A DNA stretch of 64,000 nt, from assembly GCA_965263295.1 (NCBI GenBank), contig OZ253665.1:1248001-1312000 (forward strand). Direction: 5' to 3'. Position 1 is the first letter of the stretch. Each line of letters begins with the position of its first letter. The translations under genes were made by a program, and so were the position numbers. The notes under the pieces were generated by a model. It did not search any database. It worked only from the letters and a program-made list of their open reading frames with translations, and was not told where the DNA came from. Below, in pieces: positions 1 to 10,280 of the stretch. Source of the stretch: Spirochaetia bacterium. GTDB taxonomy: Bacteria; Spirochaetota; Spirochaetia; SP-2023.

Positions 1-286
1 ACAAATAGTCAATTGGCTGATCACGATAAGATCCCAAACTAATATTTTCACCAGAATCCACGCCTTTAATGAGTATTGGCCAGGCAATAAATGAAATCAC
101 GACAATGACCAGAATGATCAAGGCACCATAGCTCATCTGTCGCTGTATTTTTTTGTGACGGGCATGTTGTTTGTCTTGCAAAGAAAGGACTTTACTGGAA
201 GCCTTCATCTGGGTTTCCACAGGGCCCTTGTCCGTATTTTCGGCCGCTTCTAAGGCCTTGCCGCCGTTTTTTTTACTGTCTTTCAT
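1..286 (-). CDS. N-terminal part of a membrane-anchored protein, possibly a SurA/PpiD-like periplasmic chaperone; runs off the window edge
   Basis: Not in the ORF track; translated by hand. ATG at 286 follows GAGGA and reads MKDSKKNGG...YGALIILVIVVISFIAWPIL...LGSYRDQPIDY, open to position 1. It has one TM helix followed by a GSY-x-x-x-PI-x-Y motif resembling spirochaete SurA_N proteins. Confidence 0.55.
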   Translation of the reverse strand, partial: MKDSKKNGGKALEAAENTDKGPVETQMKASSKVLSLQDKQHARHKKIQRQMSYGALIILVIVVISFIAWPILIKGVDSGENISLGSYRDQPIDYL

Positions 287-445
287 GGCAATTTTATTCC
301 TCATGCTATGGCTGTGACACTGTGATGCACATAAATAGTCAAGCGCATATTTTGCTGTTATTTAGAAAATTTTATAGCTTGACAAAAACACTTTGATTAC
401 AAAGATAAAAGGGTCATATAGTAACTATTTCTCCCTTTTAACACG

Positions 446-2257
446 CTAATCGTAATACGAGCGAACCAATGCCTGGATACTATTAAAGGCGTGTAGTGCA
501 TGTTCAACACCAACCAACAAAGAGTACGGTGAATCAGGCATCGTTACGTTCAGAGCCTCAAGCAATTTCGCATTTTCTGTAGTCACAATTCCCTGAAACT
601 GATTAGCTAAAGTTTCGAAATCAGTATGTGCTTGTTTGATTAAATATTCTGCTTCGGAATCAATTTCTTTAATCTGTTCTCTAATCTGTTTTATCAAATT
701 GCCAGTATCATTTTTTTCAAGGCGGTAGACAATATTCATCATACTTTTGCCCCATGCGCGATCAGGGCTTAATTCAGTGTTGAAGTTGCGAACACGCTCT
801 TCCAGGTTGTCCAATGACATACTGTGGTTCATCAACGAAGTGCGCAGAGTTGCATTTTTGGGCAACACATTGCGAATCAAGTGTATAATGATCCTTTTTA
901 TATTTCTGGCATAGTATTTGGTTAAAAAATTATAAATGATATTAATTTCATCGGTATGGCCAAAACCAGGAATACCATAGAAACGTCCAGTATTGACAAC
1001 ACTGTTTTGTGAATAATATTCTAACGTGGAGTCTTCATAATCAATCAGCAGATTTTCTCTGGCGTCTGCGTTAGACTCAGCACGAGTTTGATTGACAAAA
1101 CTTTCCAACTCAAACAATAACTGCTGTTCGACAAATTTCTTAATCCTTTCTTTAATTTGTAGGCTAGGTATCTCTGCCTTGGGCAATGCATAAAAGTTAT
1201 TGGAGCCGCAGAGACGTATCAAATCTTCAAACGGATAATGACAAATATTCTTGTTCCAGTTCCGACAGAATTCAAGGTATCTACGCATTTTATTGTCTTC
1301 ATCCTTATTGGCTACCTTAGTGACATTTTCCAGGCTCTGATCTTCCTCTTGCTTTGACACTAAAGAACCACAAGCCAAAATATATTTAGTCACTTCATTG
1401 ATTGATTTGTCGCTACCAATGCCAGCGAGCATAAGAACAAACTGATAGAAATGTTCTAGGTGAGCCTTCAAACCTATAGTCATAGGACAATCCTTAAATC
1501 GCCCAGATTCCAGTGAGATCGACGTGCCTCCCAACGAGATAAAGAATTTTCTATAATCAAACGAGATAAATAGAAACAAATGATAAAGTTCGTTTAACCC
1601 TTTAATCAAATTAGAGGAAAAAATGGGATTAATATTCTTAGCATAGCGGCGCAATAAAGTACGCTGTTCTATTAAATAATCGCGCAAATTTTGTCCACCT
1701 TCTTGAACCTTATCCTGAAGTGTCTCCAGGTCTACCAATTCCGATAGATTGCGCTTCATATCAATATCATTGTAAAGGTGTTTGAAAGCATAACGAGTGT
1801 ACAATTCCATGCTCTCTTGCTGTTTGAACATAGCTTTTAGCACATTATCTAGTGCGCTAGCCTGGATATAAGCAGCATACAGCTTGTCTATAAACTTGCC
1901 TGAAATCATTTGGTTATTCGCCAAAACAGGTTGTCGGCTAAACTTCAAAATATTGCTTCGCAGACTTCCCAAAAGTGACTCGTGGTATAACTCCTCAGGA
2001 GATACATGAACTAACAAAGATCTTAGCCCATAGACAAGGCGAATTAAACCAGGTTGACTTTTAAAGGCCTTGTCCAGTTGAACCCGACGATTCCGTTCTT
2101 CTTGTTGAATGGACTGGGCTATTTGTTGTTTTTTTTCTTGGAGCTTTCTAGCTTGCAGGCCTTCTACTTTCCCGGCAACGATTTTGTTTTTTTCCTCCTC
2201 TAGGTCAGCAGCTAATCTCTTTCTTTCCGTTTGCGAAATATTGGTCGTATTTTTCAT
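446..2257 (-). CDS. Conserved spirochaete hypothetical protein, DUF5312-like
   Basis: 603-aa helical ORF with SD AAGGA. Length and motifs (FISFDYRKFF, LEYYS) resemble DUF5312; the family call is from memory. Confidence 0.5.
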   Translation of the reverse strand: MKNTTNISQTERKRLAADLEEEKNKIVAGKVEGLQARKLQEKKQQIAQSIQQEERNRRVQLDKAFKSQPGLIRLVYGLRSLLVHVSPEELYHESLLGSLRSNILKFSRQPVLANNQMISGKFIDKLYAAYIQASALDNVLKAMFKQQESMELYTRYAFKHLYNDIDMKRNLSELVDLETLQDKVQEGGQNLRDYLIEQRTLLRRYAKNINPIFSSNLIKGLNELYHLFLFISFDYRKFFISLGGTSISLESGRFKDCPMTIGLKAHLEHFYQFVLMLAGIGSDKSINEVTKYILACGSLVSKQEEDQSLENVTKVANKDEDNKMRRYLEFCRNWNKNICHYPFEDLIRLCGSNNFYALPKAEIPSLQIKERIKKFVEQQLLFELESFVNQTRAESNADARENLLIDYEDSTLEYYSQNSVVNTGRFYGIPGFGHTDEINIIYNFLTKYYARNIKRIIIHLIRNVLPKNATLRTSLMNHSMSLDNLEERVRNFNTELSPDRAWGKSMMNIVYRLEKNDTGNLIKQIREQIKEIDSEAEYLIKQAHTDFETLANQFQGIVTTENAKLLEALNVTMPDSPYSLLVGVEHALHAFNSIQALVRSYYD

Positions 2258-2369
2258 ATCTTTTCCTTAAAGCCTTAAAGGGATTGTCGGTAAAGGGGCT
2301 TGATAGGCCCAAGCATTATACAAAACTACGCTATTTGCTAAACACCCACTGCCCGACAGAACAAAACGG

Positions 2370-2399
2370 CACGCGGATCAGATACACGCGGATCAGATA
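2370..2399. repeat. 15-bp tandem duplication (CACGCGGATCAGATA x2)
   Basis: Perfect direct repeat in the divergent intergenic region. Confidence 0.9.
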
Positions 2400-2460
2400 T
2401 TTAAGGCCATGGCTGATTCTCGACAATTTATTCTTGTAATTCCAATTTTTTATCCTTTTT

Positions 2461-5070
2461 ATGGATATGCATGGTTTCAGCCTAAATACTGCCGAATGCT
2501 TATGCCTACTAACTTTAAGTAGTGCTTTAATCTGTCTGGGAGACCAAAGCCTTCTTTGTGAAAAACGTCAATCCTCCAGATTTATAGACTCAAGAAAATT
2601 TAACAATTCTCATGCCAATCAATCAAGGGTCATACAAAAAAAACATCACTATATTACGAAAACGGCAAAACAGCAGGAACAATTTCTGGCAGACGATTCA
2701 TTGAGGCAAACTTCGCGAAAAAATACTCCAATCTTCCCGTGCAACAATCAACTCCAAGCTCAACTTGAATCTCAAGCTGAAACTCAAATTGAAGAAGCCG
2801 TTCCCGATATGGCAAAGTATTATGGCTGGTATTATTCCTTACAGAGCCAGACACGGAGCGCTCTGACCTTAAACCAGCCGCATACTAGTGACAATAATAA
2901 CCCGGCAAAAATCGACAGGATGGAGTTATCCTTCCTCGCAGAAAGTCCACAAGATCCTCGTTGGGGTAGCCTACAGCTGCGCGCACGAGTACCGCTGCAG
3001 CAAATCTGGCAACAAGGACAAACGGATAACTATCCAGTCGAAATTCAGGGCTTGAAAACGGCCAATTTCTCTCCGTTACTGCCGCCAGCTTACCACAGCA
3101 ACCTGTACCTGCGTTGGGGTCTAACTCAGAGCCGACCAGCCTACCTGCAGGCAGGCTGCTTAAAACCACGGGACGACAGTCTCTGGCACATTATGCAAAG
3201 CAGCATACAGTTTCCAGGACCGATGAAAGCTTTCGCCGGTCTATCCAACAAGAATGACAAACTCCGCCCTGGTCTCATCTATGACAGTGATAGTACCATA
3301 GGAGAAAACCAAGGGTTCAGTTGGGATGGCCAGTTATTACAAGCTGCACTACTGCACCAGCGCGGCCGCATGGAAGAGAGCCTGATTAGCGGTCTAGGCC
3401 TGCGCGTGAACTACCGGCCCAACAGCAAGAACCAATTACACTTGCGCACAGCTACAATGTTTACACAAAACTTGAGCCAGCCTGATTCGCATCAGGCAAA
3501 TGACGGCGATTGGTACTTTAGCGACTTTCAGGTCCGCCAGAACCCAAAAGCCTATTCGACAACTCCAGATCGTCGCTGGACTGAACTCGTGCGTTACGAC
3601 CGAGCCGTGCAACAGTACGGCTTACAGGCGAGCTGGCAACATTCGCAGGCCGCGACGACCATATCGGACAAGCAGCTTCCAGCGCTAAGAAAGCCAGCCC
3701 CATTTTGGCAATTGAGTGGCGAACAAACTGCCAGCCTTAGCCCCTGGGACTACCTGGGCATACAGCAAAGATATTGCTTCAATCTGCAGGCTCCGATATA
3801 TGCTTACTCTCAAGAATTTATGGCAGATCAAGTCCGGCAGCATATCTTAACTTTCAGCAATCAAAGTTACATATTTTATCGCGATGCTCATTGGGTCGAC
3901 GCACGGCGCCGTCTGCCCCGCTACAAGCTCAGTTCTTTCTACGGTCGCCGCTGGTACCTGCAAAATCAACTTCAACTCCGGTTTCGGCAAAAACACTACC
4001 GGGCCAATCCCGACCGTCCTCACAGCTGGAAGCCCCAGCATCGCAACGAACAAATACTAAAATTTGATAGTGGCGCTAAAATCGTGCGCTCGCTACTTCC
4101 TACAGAGCGCCCATATTTGAACTTTGGTCTTCGGTATACCTGGCTCTACTACCCATTACAGCAGGCGGAGCAAAAAGGGGGCCGGGTCTGGCACTTGAGC
4201 TTAGGTAGTGATATCCAGCAACAATTAGTCAGCAGCAATGACATTCGACCCGGCCAACGCGGCCTTCCCGACCCACCTTGGAAAAGATGCGTGCAGTGCC
4301 AGTTTGGTTGGCAACAAAAGCCTCCAACGCGTATACCTAAACTTGTAAATACAGACAAAAAAACTATTAAATCTGTCAATGACGCCCCGGCAATTTGCCA
4401 GGCAACGCCTAACCCCAAGGAAGCGAGCCCACTCCCGGCAAGTCTGACACGCCTGGGCTGGCGGGCTTCTCTATCGACTAAGGAACAAAACCTAAAACAA
4501 AGCCAGTTATGGCTCCTGGCAGAAATCTACCGCAAAGACAGCGGTCAGCTCTACAACCTGCAAAGTTCAGTCCAACTCAGTCTTTTCTTGCAATTCTGGC
4601 GCTACGACCTTGGCTATGTGAAACGTCGGGTCCCTGGCGCTCAGCAGACACAGCTAGCTAGCTGGTGGAAGCTGATTCAGCTACAACTGGACCTTGGACC
4701 GCAGATCAGCTTTGTTCCAGACAGTACGACAGGAGGAACCCCTATTGCTCAAATAGAACTGCGCTGCCGGCTCAAAGCCGAACTGCGATTCCCCAGTCAC
4801 TGGTTTCTGGCTCTAGGTATTGGCTTAGACGAATGGCAGTGGCCAGTCGGTTTAAAACAGCCCTCCATAGACCAGACACTGCAAAAAGTACAAATTGAGC
4901 TGACAGCACGTTATGAGTTCTATGGTTCAGGACGTCAGCACCGCAGAAAAGGAGAGTCCTCAGAAACGGCAAAAAAACCTAGTGACGATGCGCTTGACCC
5001 ACTAGAACAACTGCAAAAGGCCTTTGGCTGGGATAATGAAGGGCGAGAAACAGAAGAGGAAATGAAATAG
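2461..5070 (+). CDS. Large Gln-rich hypothetical protein, possible outer-membrane beta-barrel
   Basis: 869-aa ORF with many alternating-hydrophobic strands ending in aromatics (LGLRVNY, YGLQASW, LNFGLRYTW, IELTARYEF). Start uncertain. Confidence 0.5.
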   Translation: MDMHGFSLNTAECLCLLTLSSALICLGDQSLLCEKRQSSRFIDSRKFNNSHANQSRVIQKKHHYITKTAKQQEQFLADDSLRQTSRKNTPIFPCNNQLQAQLESQAETQIEEAVPDMAKYYGWYYSLQSQTRSALTLNQPHTSDNNNPAKIDRMELSFLAESPQDPRWGSLQLRARVPLQQIWQQGQTDNYPVEIQGLKTANFSPLLPPAYHSNLYLRWGLTQSRPAYLQAGCLKPRDDSLWHIMQSSIQFPGPMKAFAGLSNKNDKLRPGLIYDSDSTIGENQGFSWDGQLLQAALLHQRGRMEESLISGLGLRVNYRPNSKNQLHLRTATMFTQNLSQPDSHQANDGDWYFSDFQVRQNPKAYSTTPDRRWTELVRYDRAVQQYGLQASWQHSQAATTISDKQLPALRKPAPFWQLSGEQTASLSPWDYLGIQQRYCFNLQAPIYAYSQEFMADQVRQHILTFSNQSYIFYRDAHWVDARRRLPRYKLSSFYGRRWYLQNQLQLRFRQKHYRANPDRPHSWKPQHRNEQILKFDSGAKIVRSLLPTERPYLNFGLRYTWLYYPLQQAEQKGGRVWHLSLGSDIQQQLVSSNDIRPGQRGLPDPPWKRCVQCQFGWQQKPPTRIPKLVNTDKKTIKSVNDAPAICQATPNPKEASPLPASLTRLGWRASLSTKEQNLKQSQLWLLAEIYRKDSGQLYNLQSSVQLSLFLQFWRYDLGYVKRRVPGAQQTQLASWWKLIQLQLDLGPQISFVPDSTTGGTPIAQIELRCRLKAELRFPSHWFLALGIGLDEWQWPVGLKQPSIDQTLQKVQIELTARYEFYGSGRQHRRKGESSETAKKPSDDALDPLEQLQKAFGWDNEGRETEEEMK

Positions 5071-5145
5071 AATCCCACATTCTCAATGCATCCGCAGTTG
5101 TTTTTCTGACCTTAGAGTCAGGTTCTCAGCCCAATATGATAGCCA

Positions 5146-6402
5146 TTATTTTGTATTTCCAACTAACGTCATACAGCAGATTTTTAATACAAAGATCAGC
5201 ATACAAAGTAGTCTTGGCCAATTCCACGGCAAAATCAGGTGGCCTAGAAATGACAGAATTCTGATCAATGCCAGCTTTTTACGGCGATATCTACCTGAAA
5301 AATTTAGTAAAGCCTCAGGATAATCCAACACAATAAAAGACGTAATTTTGCGCTCAGTATTTTTATCATCAACAAAATCATGAATATTGGTATTTTTAGC
5401 TACCAAAAGCAAGGTCGGAGCAGATTTATTAATTACGGTGCGGACTTCAGCAATACGCTTACTTTTACGATAGCGTGTCGTATATCGCCCCACAATCTTG
5501 ATATTGCCAAATGAAATTTTAAATATTTCTTCTACGCGATTCAACAGTGAAGCGGTCCCACCTATTAGAAAAATTGAACCATGATATTCATCCAAGCTGC
5601 TGAGCAAACTGACTGTAAAGTCAAACTTTGTCTGAAATGCATAAACAGGTTTCGCTTTTCCCGATTCCCGCTTCTGTTCCTCGCTCTGATTTTCTCCCGA
5701 CTCTCTAAGGTTTTCATGCGGGCGAGCTTCAGCCTGTCTGAATGATAAGGTCCGAAAAGCCCACTGCATCAACAGGCCCTGAGGATACACTAGGTCCGCC
5801 ACCTGTAGAATACGGCGAGTGGGAAAATGTATTAAGGACTTTAAATAGCGAGAAAAATCCAAAAACAAAATATTAAAATTACGGCCATTCGGACTTTCAA
5901 ATATGCGCGAACTATATTCGTTAGACTTATTTTCATTTCTGTCGCGCTGCATCTCTGTTATAATGCGTTTAAAATTTTTTTGTCGCTCAGTCTGCATATT
6001 GCGTAATCGTTCAATGGTCAACTTGAGACTATTTTCAGAAAGGTAACCCAAGTTAATATATTTGTTAAGGAAAACTTTCTGCAACTCCACACCCTCCCAC
6101 GGGGCCGCAGTGCCTGCGCCATCCGCCCCGGATTGCGTCAAGACAACAGGCTGTTCAAATTCAGGCAAATCAGGCGCGGGTTGAACCTGCATTAACTTTG
6201 TATTCTTCAAAATTTGTTCATTCGCTTGAGGAAACATCAGTTCACTTTCACCTTGGTCATACGCTTTTACATCATTGCCACACGTTCTTTCAGACTCGGC
6301 CTCATCTTGGCCTAATGCAGCGACAAGCTGCTTTTGTCGCAGTATCGGAGCAAAGCCATTGCCTACAGATTCTGGCGCCTTAATTTTCTTTTCATCTGTC
6401 AC
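5146..6402 (-). CDS. WecB/TagA/CpsF-family glycosyltransferase-like protein, divergent, with an N-terminal extension
   Basis: The C-terminal half has ADLVYP, IFLIGG, IKIVGRY and INKSAPTLLLVA segments matching the GT26 layout. SD AAGGA precedes the GTG start. Confidence 0.55.
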   Translation of the reverse strand: MTDEKKIKAPESVGNGFAPILRQKQLVAALGQDEAESERTCGNDVKAYDQGESELMFPQANEQILKNTKLMQVQPAPDLPEFEQPVVLTQSGADGAGTAAPWEGVELQKVFLNKYINLGYLSENSLKLTIERLRNMQTERQKNFKRIITEMQRDRNENKSNEYSSRIFESPNGRNFNILFLDFSRYLKSLIHFPTRRILQVADLVYPQGLLMQWAFRTLSFRQAEARPHENLRESGENQSEEQKRESGKAKPVYAFQTKFDFTVSLLSSLDEYHGSIFLIGGTASLLNRVEEIFKISFGNIKIVGRYTTRYRKSKRIAEVRTVINKSAPTLLLVAKNTNIHDFVDDKNTERKITSFIVLDYPEALLNFSGRYRRKKLALIRILSFLGHLILPWNWPRLLCMLIFVLKICCMTLVGNTK

Positions 6403-6412
6403 TTTGATTCCT

Positions 6413-6820
6413 TTATGCTAAAGCAGGCAAAAGTTGACAATGTATGCGGCGATTACGGGGGCCGTCAAACTCGCAAAAATAGATTCCCTGCCATGTGCCA
6501 AGGTCTAAGCACCCGTCCGAGACCGGCACAGTCAAAGAAGGCCCAGTCATAATGCACTGAATATGTGAGTCAGAATTGCCTTCACTGTGAGTAAAACCGG
6601 CATTCTTGGGTACCATGGAACTGTAGTGCTGCAGAAAATCGCGCTGCACCGCAGGATCCGCATTTTCATTTACCGTCAACGCCGCTGTAGTGTGGCGGCA
6701 AAACAGCAACAATGCTGCTTCACGGTGTGTTTGCAGCAAGTCTCTCATTAAACTTTCAATTTTAGCTGTTATGTCAATAATTTGTTTTCTACTTTTGGTA
6801 GAAATAATTAACTCTCTCAT
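6413..6820 (-). CDS. yjbQ: YjbQ/UPF0047 family (secondary thiamine-phosphate synthase-like)
   Basis: HTTAALTVNENADP, GNSDSH and LGTWQGIYFCEFDGPRNR motifs. Confidence 0.9.
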   Translation of the reverse strand: MRELIISTKSRKQIIDITAKIESLMRDLLQTHREAALLLFCRHTTAALTVNENADPAVQRDFLQHYSSMVPKNAGFTHSEGNSDSHIQCIMTGPSLTVPVSDGCLDLGTWQGIYFCEFDGPRNRRIHCQLLPALA

Positions 6821-7033
6821 TCCGGGGTTTCCTCAAAGCTTCTGAGTCTACGGCAGCGGCAACTTACAATGTGTGAGCCACCCGATTATATACAAGATCG
6901 GCCAATTTTTCATGCATTTTATTCATTCATTGCCAAGCATTTTGGAAACTGTTTGTCGGCTATCCTCGCACAACCAAGTAGAAACTCTAATTAAGCCTTT
7001 ACAGTTTCCCAGTGTGCAAGACTCTAAATCCAC

Positions 7034-9619
7034 CTAGCCGGCATTTGTCAGCAGCCGGGTCAACAGACTTGCGGCAAAACTTGCGTTCTGCCGCACAGGG
7101 CTTTCGTGTTCCAAGGTCGCAACGAGGGCGTGCAAACTTTCTGTACTGCCAAGAAAGCAAAGTTGTTGCTTCGCCCGGGTAATTGCCGTATACAACAGAG
7201 CCTTAGACCAAGGCGAGTCCTGGTACAGGCTGGAACCACGTCCCGGCTGAGGTTGCGGCAACAATACACAGACTTGGCGATATTCTGAACCCTGGCTTTT
7301 GTGGATGCTTTGGACAAAAGAGGCCTCACAGTCTTCAACCTGTGCCATGGGCAACAGGCGATACGCGCCCAAATGCGTCGCTCCCAGGTGCATCATTCCA
7401 TGGGCCAGAACTGGAGCCAAAGTCTCTCCAGGGCTCAAGGCCACATCACTGCCTTCGGCGGCATTATCTTCTAGCGGGAATACTGCGTAGTAATGCGAAC
7501 CAAAGCGGCAGCAAAAGCCGCGGTCGCCGTTGAACAGGACTTGGTCATAATTGTTGCGCGTAACTTGCACAGGGCAGCCGTGGTAAAAACGCTGGCCACA
7601 GCCTCTATCAAACTGTTGTAAGCCAATTTTTAACAAGGCGTTGTTTATAGACCGCGCGCCCGCAGCGGCATTTTGCAAAGGGCTGAGCACTGAAAAATCT
7701 TGCAAGTGCTTAAAACCGCGCTCAAGTTCACTGTAAGTCTGAGCCAAGTTCTCGCCGCGTTGTTGTGCCAGTGGTGCAAAGCCCATAGAAAAGAAACGCG
7801 GCCTCCAATGCTGCCACAAGTAATCCAGCAACTTGTCCCTGCCGGACGCAGCTGCTCCCTCCTGATCTTCCACAGGGTACCAACTCAACACCACTACCGA
7901 ATCGCCCGCAGAACGTTTAGAATCCGCTGCGAGCTTCGCCTCCAGTAGACAGCTGTGGAACTGGACCGTCTCCCCTTGTAAGACCAATTGCCCCAGCTCG
8001 CGAATTTCTCTGACGGAACGGTGGCTACCCTGCAGCTCAACCAAGCATTCCCGCGAGTCTCCAGCCGCAGGGGCCGCAACAGCCGCCAAAACTTCCTTCC
8101 AGAAAGCCCCTGGGCCAACGGGCGGCAACTGATTTAGGTCGCCAATAAGCAATAAACGAGTTTCGGGATGCAAGCGCGAAAGCAATTGCCAAGCCATTTC
8201 ACTATCCAGCATAGAAGCCTCATCAACGACAAGTAAATCCAGTTGGAGTAACTCCAAGTTGCGGCCACTGCGGTAATTCTGGCCGGATGAGGCAGCGCGG
8301 CGATACAGATGGGCTGACGACCACCCCATGCCCAGAAGCTTATGCAAGGTGCAGGCGGCAAAACCCAAGCTTTCGGGACTCGCAGCTGAATTTGTGGCTG
8401 CAGCCACCGCCCGGCGCAAGCCCTGCAACATACGCTGGGCCGCCCGCGCCGTAGGCGCACAAAGGGCCAATTGCAAGGGACGAACGAGAGTAGGCCCGGA
8501 ATCTTCACCGACTGTAATTTGCTGCTGGGCCTGGCGCCGGGACTTTTGCCGGACCTGTTGTTCGGCTCGCCGCAGAATTTGCAGCAGACTAGCCAGCAAG
8601 CTGGTCTTACCGCTCCCCGGCCCGCCACAGAGCAAGAGCAGCCGCCTGTGGCAGAGCTTGGCCAGGCAGTTCCGTAGAATTTCACGGTTTTGGCGTAAGT
8701 GCAGGCCATCATCTGACGAGCACTCGGCCAAAAGCGCCTCCATGCTTTGATATAAAAGTTCTGGGTGCTCTAAGAGACCTGTCGATTGATGTAATTGGGG
8801 CGGCTGTGCCATCTGTGGGGGCTTTTCCACTTCTAGCCCGCCTAGTTCGCCTCGCTTTGTTCTGTCAATACGGGCCCGCAAGGCCTGGCCCAAGCGCAAT
8901 TGCAAGCGACCGAGACGCGAGAGGCCAAAATACACATGGGCTTCCTGCTCCCAATACCAAAAGCTTGTGCCTGCCGGTTCTGCTTGCCAATCTACCTGCA
9001 AATTCCCTCGCGGGTCTGGCGCTAAACTGGGCGTGCCATTGTGGCAAGCCAGCTTCCAAAAGCCCGGCAACTGGGCACACAAGTGCATGGTGGACATGGC
9101 TTCGCAAACCGGCTCAAATTCCAAGGGCGCAGACACCATCTGCAATACGGCCCTCAACTCGCCAAGGGCAAAGCAAAGGCGCCCTTCCAGCTTGATTGGT
9201 AGCCCGGCGGGCACCTCGGGCGGATCTTCAGCGCCGGCCATATCTTTGCCCTCCCTGCGCTCTTCCAGCACGGCCCAAGCAGCTTGCCCCGCCTGAGCCA
9301 GGCCCTGCGCGCACAAGATGCCCATGGCGAGATACATGGCGAGATACAAGGCTTGCTGCCGATCGCAGGGCTCCGTTAGATCATTGCACAAACACTGCTC
9401 GCGATACTGACGATAGAGCAATCCATACAAGGCAGATACTTTGGACAGCTTATTCAAGCACAAGGATTCCCACTGTCTGAATTCCGCAGAAAGCTTTCGG
9501 GAATCCCGCTCCAACACTTGATCAGGCACGCGGTCATGGTCGCTCGCCGGCTTTGCCGGCGTCTTGCCGTGCCCAATTTTTTGCGGCTCCGAAGAAAAAA
9601 ACGGGAGAAGTTGTGCCAT
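7034..9619 (-). CDS. recD: RecD-like SF1B helicase (exonuclease V alpha subunit)
   Basis: GGPGSGKT, APTARAA, VDEASM, GDLNQLPPVG, NGDRG, IHKSQGSEY and LYTAITRAK. ATG 9619 is preferred because it avoids overlap with the upstream gene. Confidence 0.85.
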   Translation of the reverse strand: MAQLLPFFSSEPQKIGHGKTPAKPASDHDRVPDQVLERDSRKLSAEFRQWESLCLNKLSKVSALYGLLYRQYREQCLCNDLTEPCDRQQALYLAMYLAMGILCAQGLAQAGQAAWAVLEERREGKDMAGAEDPPEVPAGLPIKLEGRLCFALGELRAVLQMVSAPLEFEPVCEAMSTMHLCAQLPGFWKLACHNGTPSLAPDPRGNLQVDWQAEPAGTSFWYWEQEAHVYFGLSRLGRLQLRLGQALRARIDRTKRGELGGLEVEKPPQMAQPPQLHQSTGLLEHPELLYQSMEALLAECSSDDGLHLRQNREILRNCLAKLCHRRLLLLCGGPGSGKTSLLASLLQILRRAEQQVRQKSRRQAQQQITVGEDSGPTLVRPLQLALCAPTARAAQRMLQGLRRAVAAATNSAASPESLGFAACTLHKLLGMGWSSAHLYRRAASSGQNYRSGRNLELLQLDLLVVDEASMLDSEMAWQLLSRLHPETRLLLIGDLNQLPPVGPGAFWKEVLAAVAAPAAGDSRECLVELQGSHRSVREIRELGQLVLQGETVQFHSCLLEAKLAADSKRSAGDSVVVLSWYPVEDQEGAAASGRDKLLDYLWQHWRPRFFSMGFAPLAQQRGENLAQTYSELERGFKHLQDFSVLSPLQNAAAGARSINNALLKIGLQQFDRGCGQRFYHGCPVQVTRNNYDQVLFNGDRGFCCRFGSHYYAVFPLEDNAAEGSDVALSPGETLAPVLAHGMMHLGATHLGAYRLLPMAQVEDCEASFVQSIHKSQGSEYRQVCVLLPQPQPGRGSSLYQDSPWSKALLYTAITRAKQQLCFLGSTESLHALVATLEHESPVRQNASFAASLLTRLLTNAG

Positions 9620-9639
9620 CGCAATATTTACAAAGGCGA

Positions 9640-10218
9640 CTAAGGCTCGCCCACCGCTGGCAGCCAGCGGATACAATGGCTAAGCATTTGCTTGTCATCA
9701 TCAAAAATAAAGTACGCACGGATGCGGCCGCCTTGCAGTACATAGGGCAGCCACAGGGCATCGTCTTGCCACATATGCATTAGAGGCAGACGGTCGCGCT
9801 TGCACCAAAAAGGAATGGCCTCCACACTGGGCTTCGGTTCCCCGCTCCACTCATGGGTAAAGTAGGCGCAGCAATGCATGCGCATGCCACTGGTGAAATC
9901 AAAGAAAAGATCGGCGCCGAGGCGAAAGTTGTGGGGTTCCACCGCAATCTCTTCACGGCACTCGCGCACGACACATTGCTCAAAGCTTTCACCAGGTTGG
10001 CGCTTGCCGCCGGGGCCGCTGATCATGCCGCGGGCGTAATCGCTGAGACGCTCAATTAACAACACTTCATCTGTAGCGCGGTTACTGACGTAACAAAGTA
10101 CGGCATCGACGGTAGGCCGCCAGCGAGTCCAGTCTATGTCGTGGACACTGGGAAGGCCTTGCAATTGCTCTGCGTATTCGGCACAGAGTTGTATGCGATT
10201 CGGTTCCGGTTTGTTCAC
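9640..10218 (-). CDS. NUDIX hydrolase, MTH1-like oxidized-purine dNTPase
   Basis: Nudix box GGKRQPGESFEQCVVRECREEIAV plus the MWQDDALWLP motif typical of MTH1-like enzymes. Confidence 0.85.
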   Translation of the reverse strand: MNKPEPNRIQLCAEYAEQLQGLPSVHDIDWTRWRPTVDAVLCYVSNRATDEVLLIERLSDYARGMISGPGGKRQPGESFEQCVVRECREEIAVEPHNFRLGADLFFDFTSGMRMHCCAYFTHEWSGEPKPSVEAIPFWCKRDRLPLMHMWQDDALWLPYVLQGGRIRAYFIFDDDKQMLSHCIRWLPAVGEP

Positions 10219-10224
10219 AATCCG

Positions 10225-10253
10225 ACTATACCGGGTCCATTGAAAAATAACAA
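10225..10253 (-). promoter_or_regulatory. Sigma70 promoter for the NUDIX-recD genes; likely leaderless
   Basis: TTGTTA-17 nt-TATAGT, then 6 nt to the GTG start; no SD. Confidence 0.6.
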
Positions 10254-10280
10254 TTCCACGCCAGCTCTGCGATTATCCCA

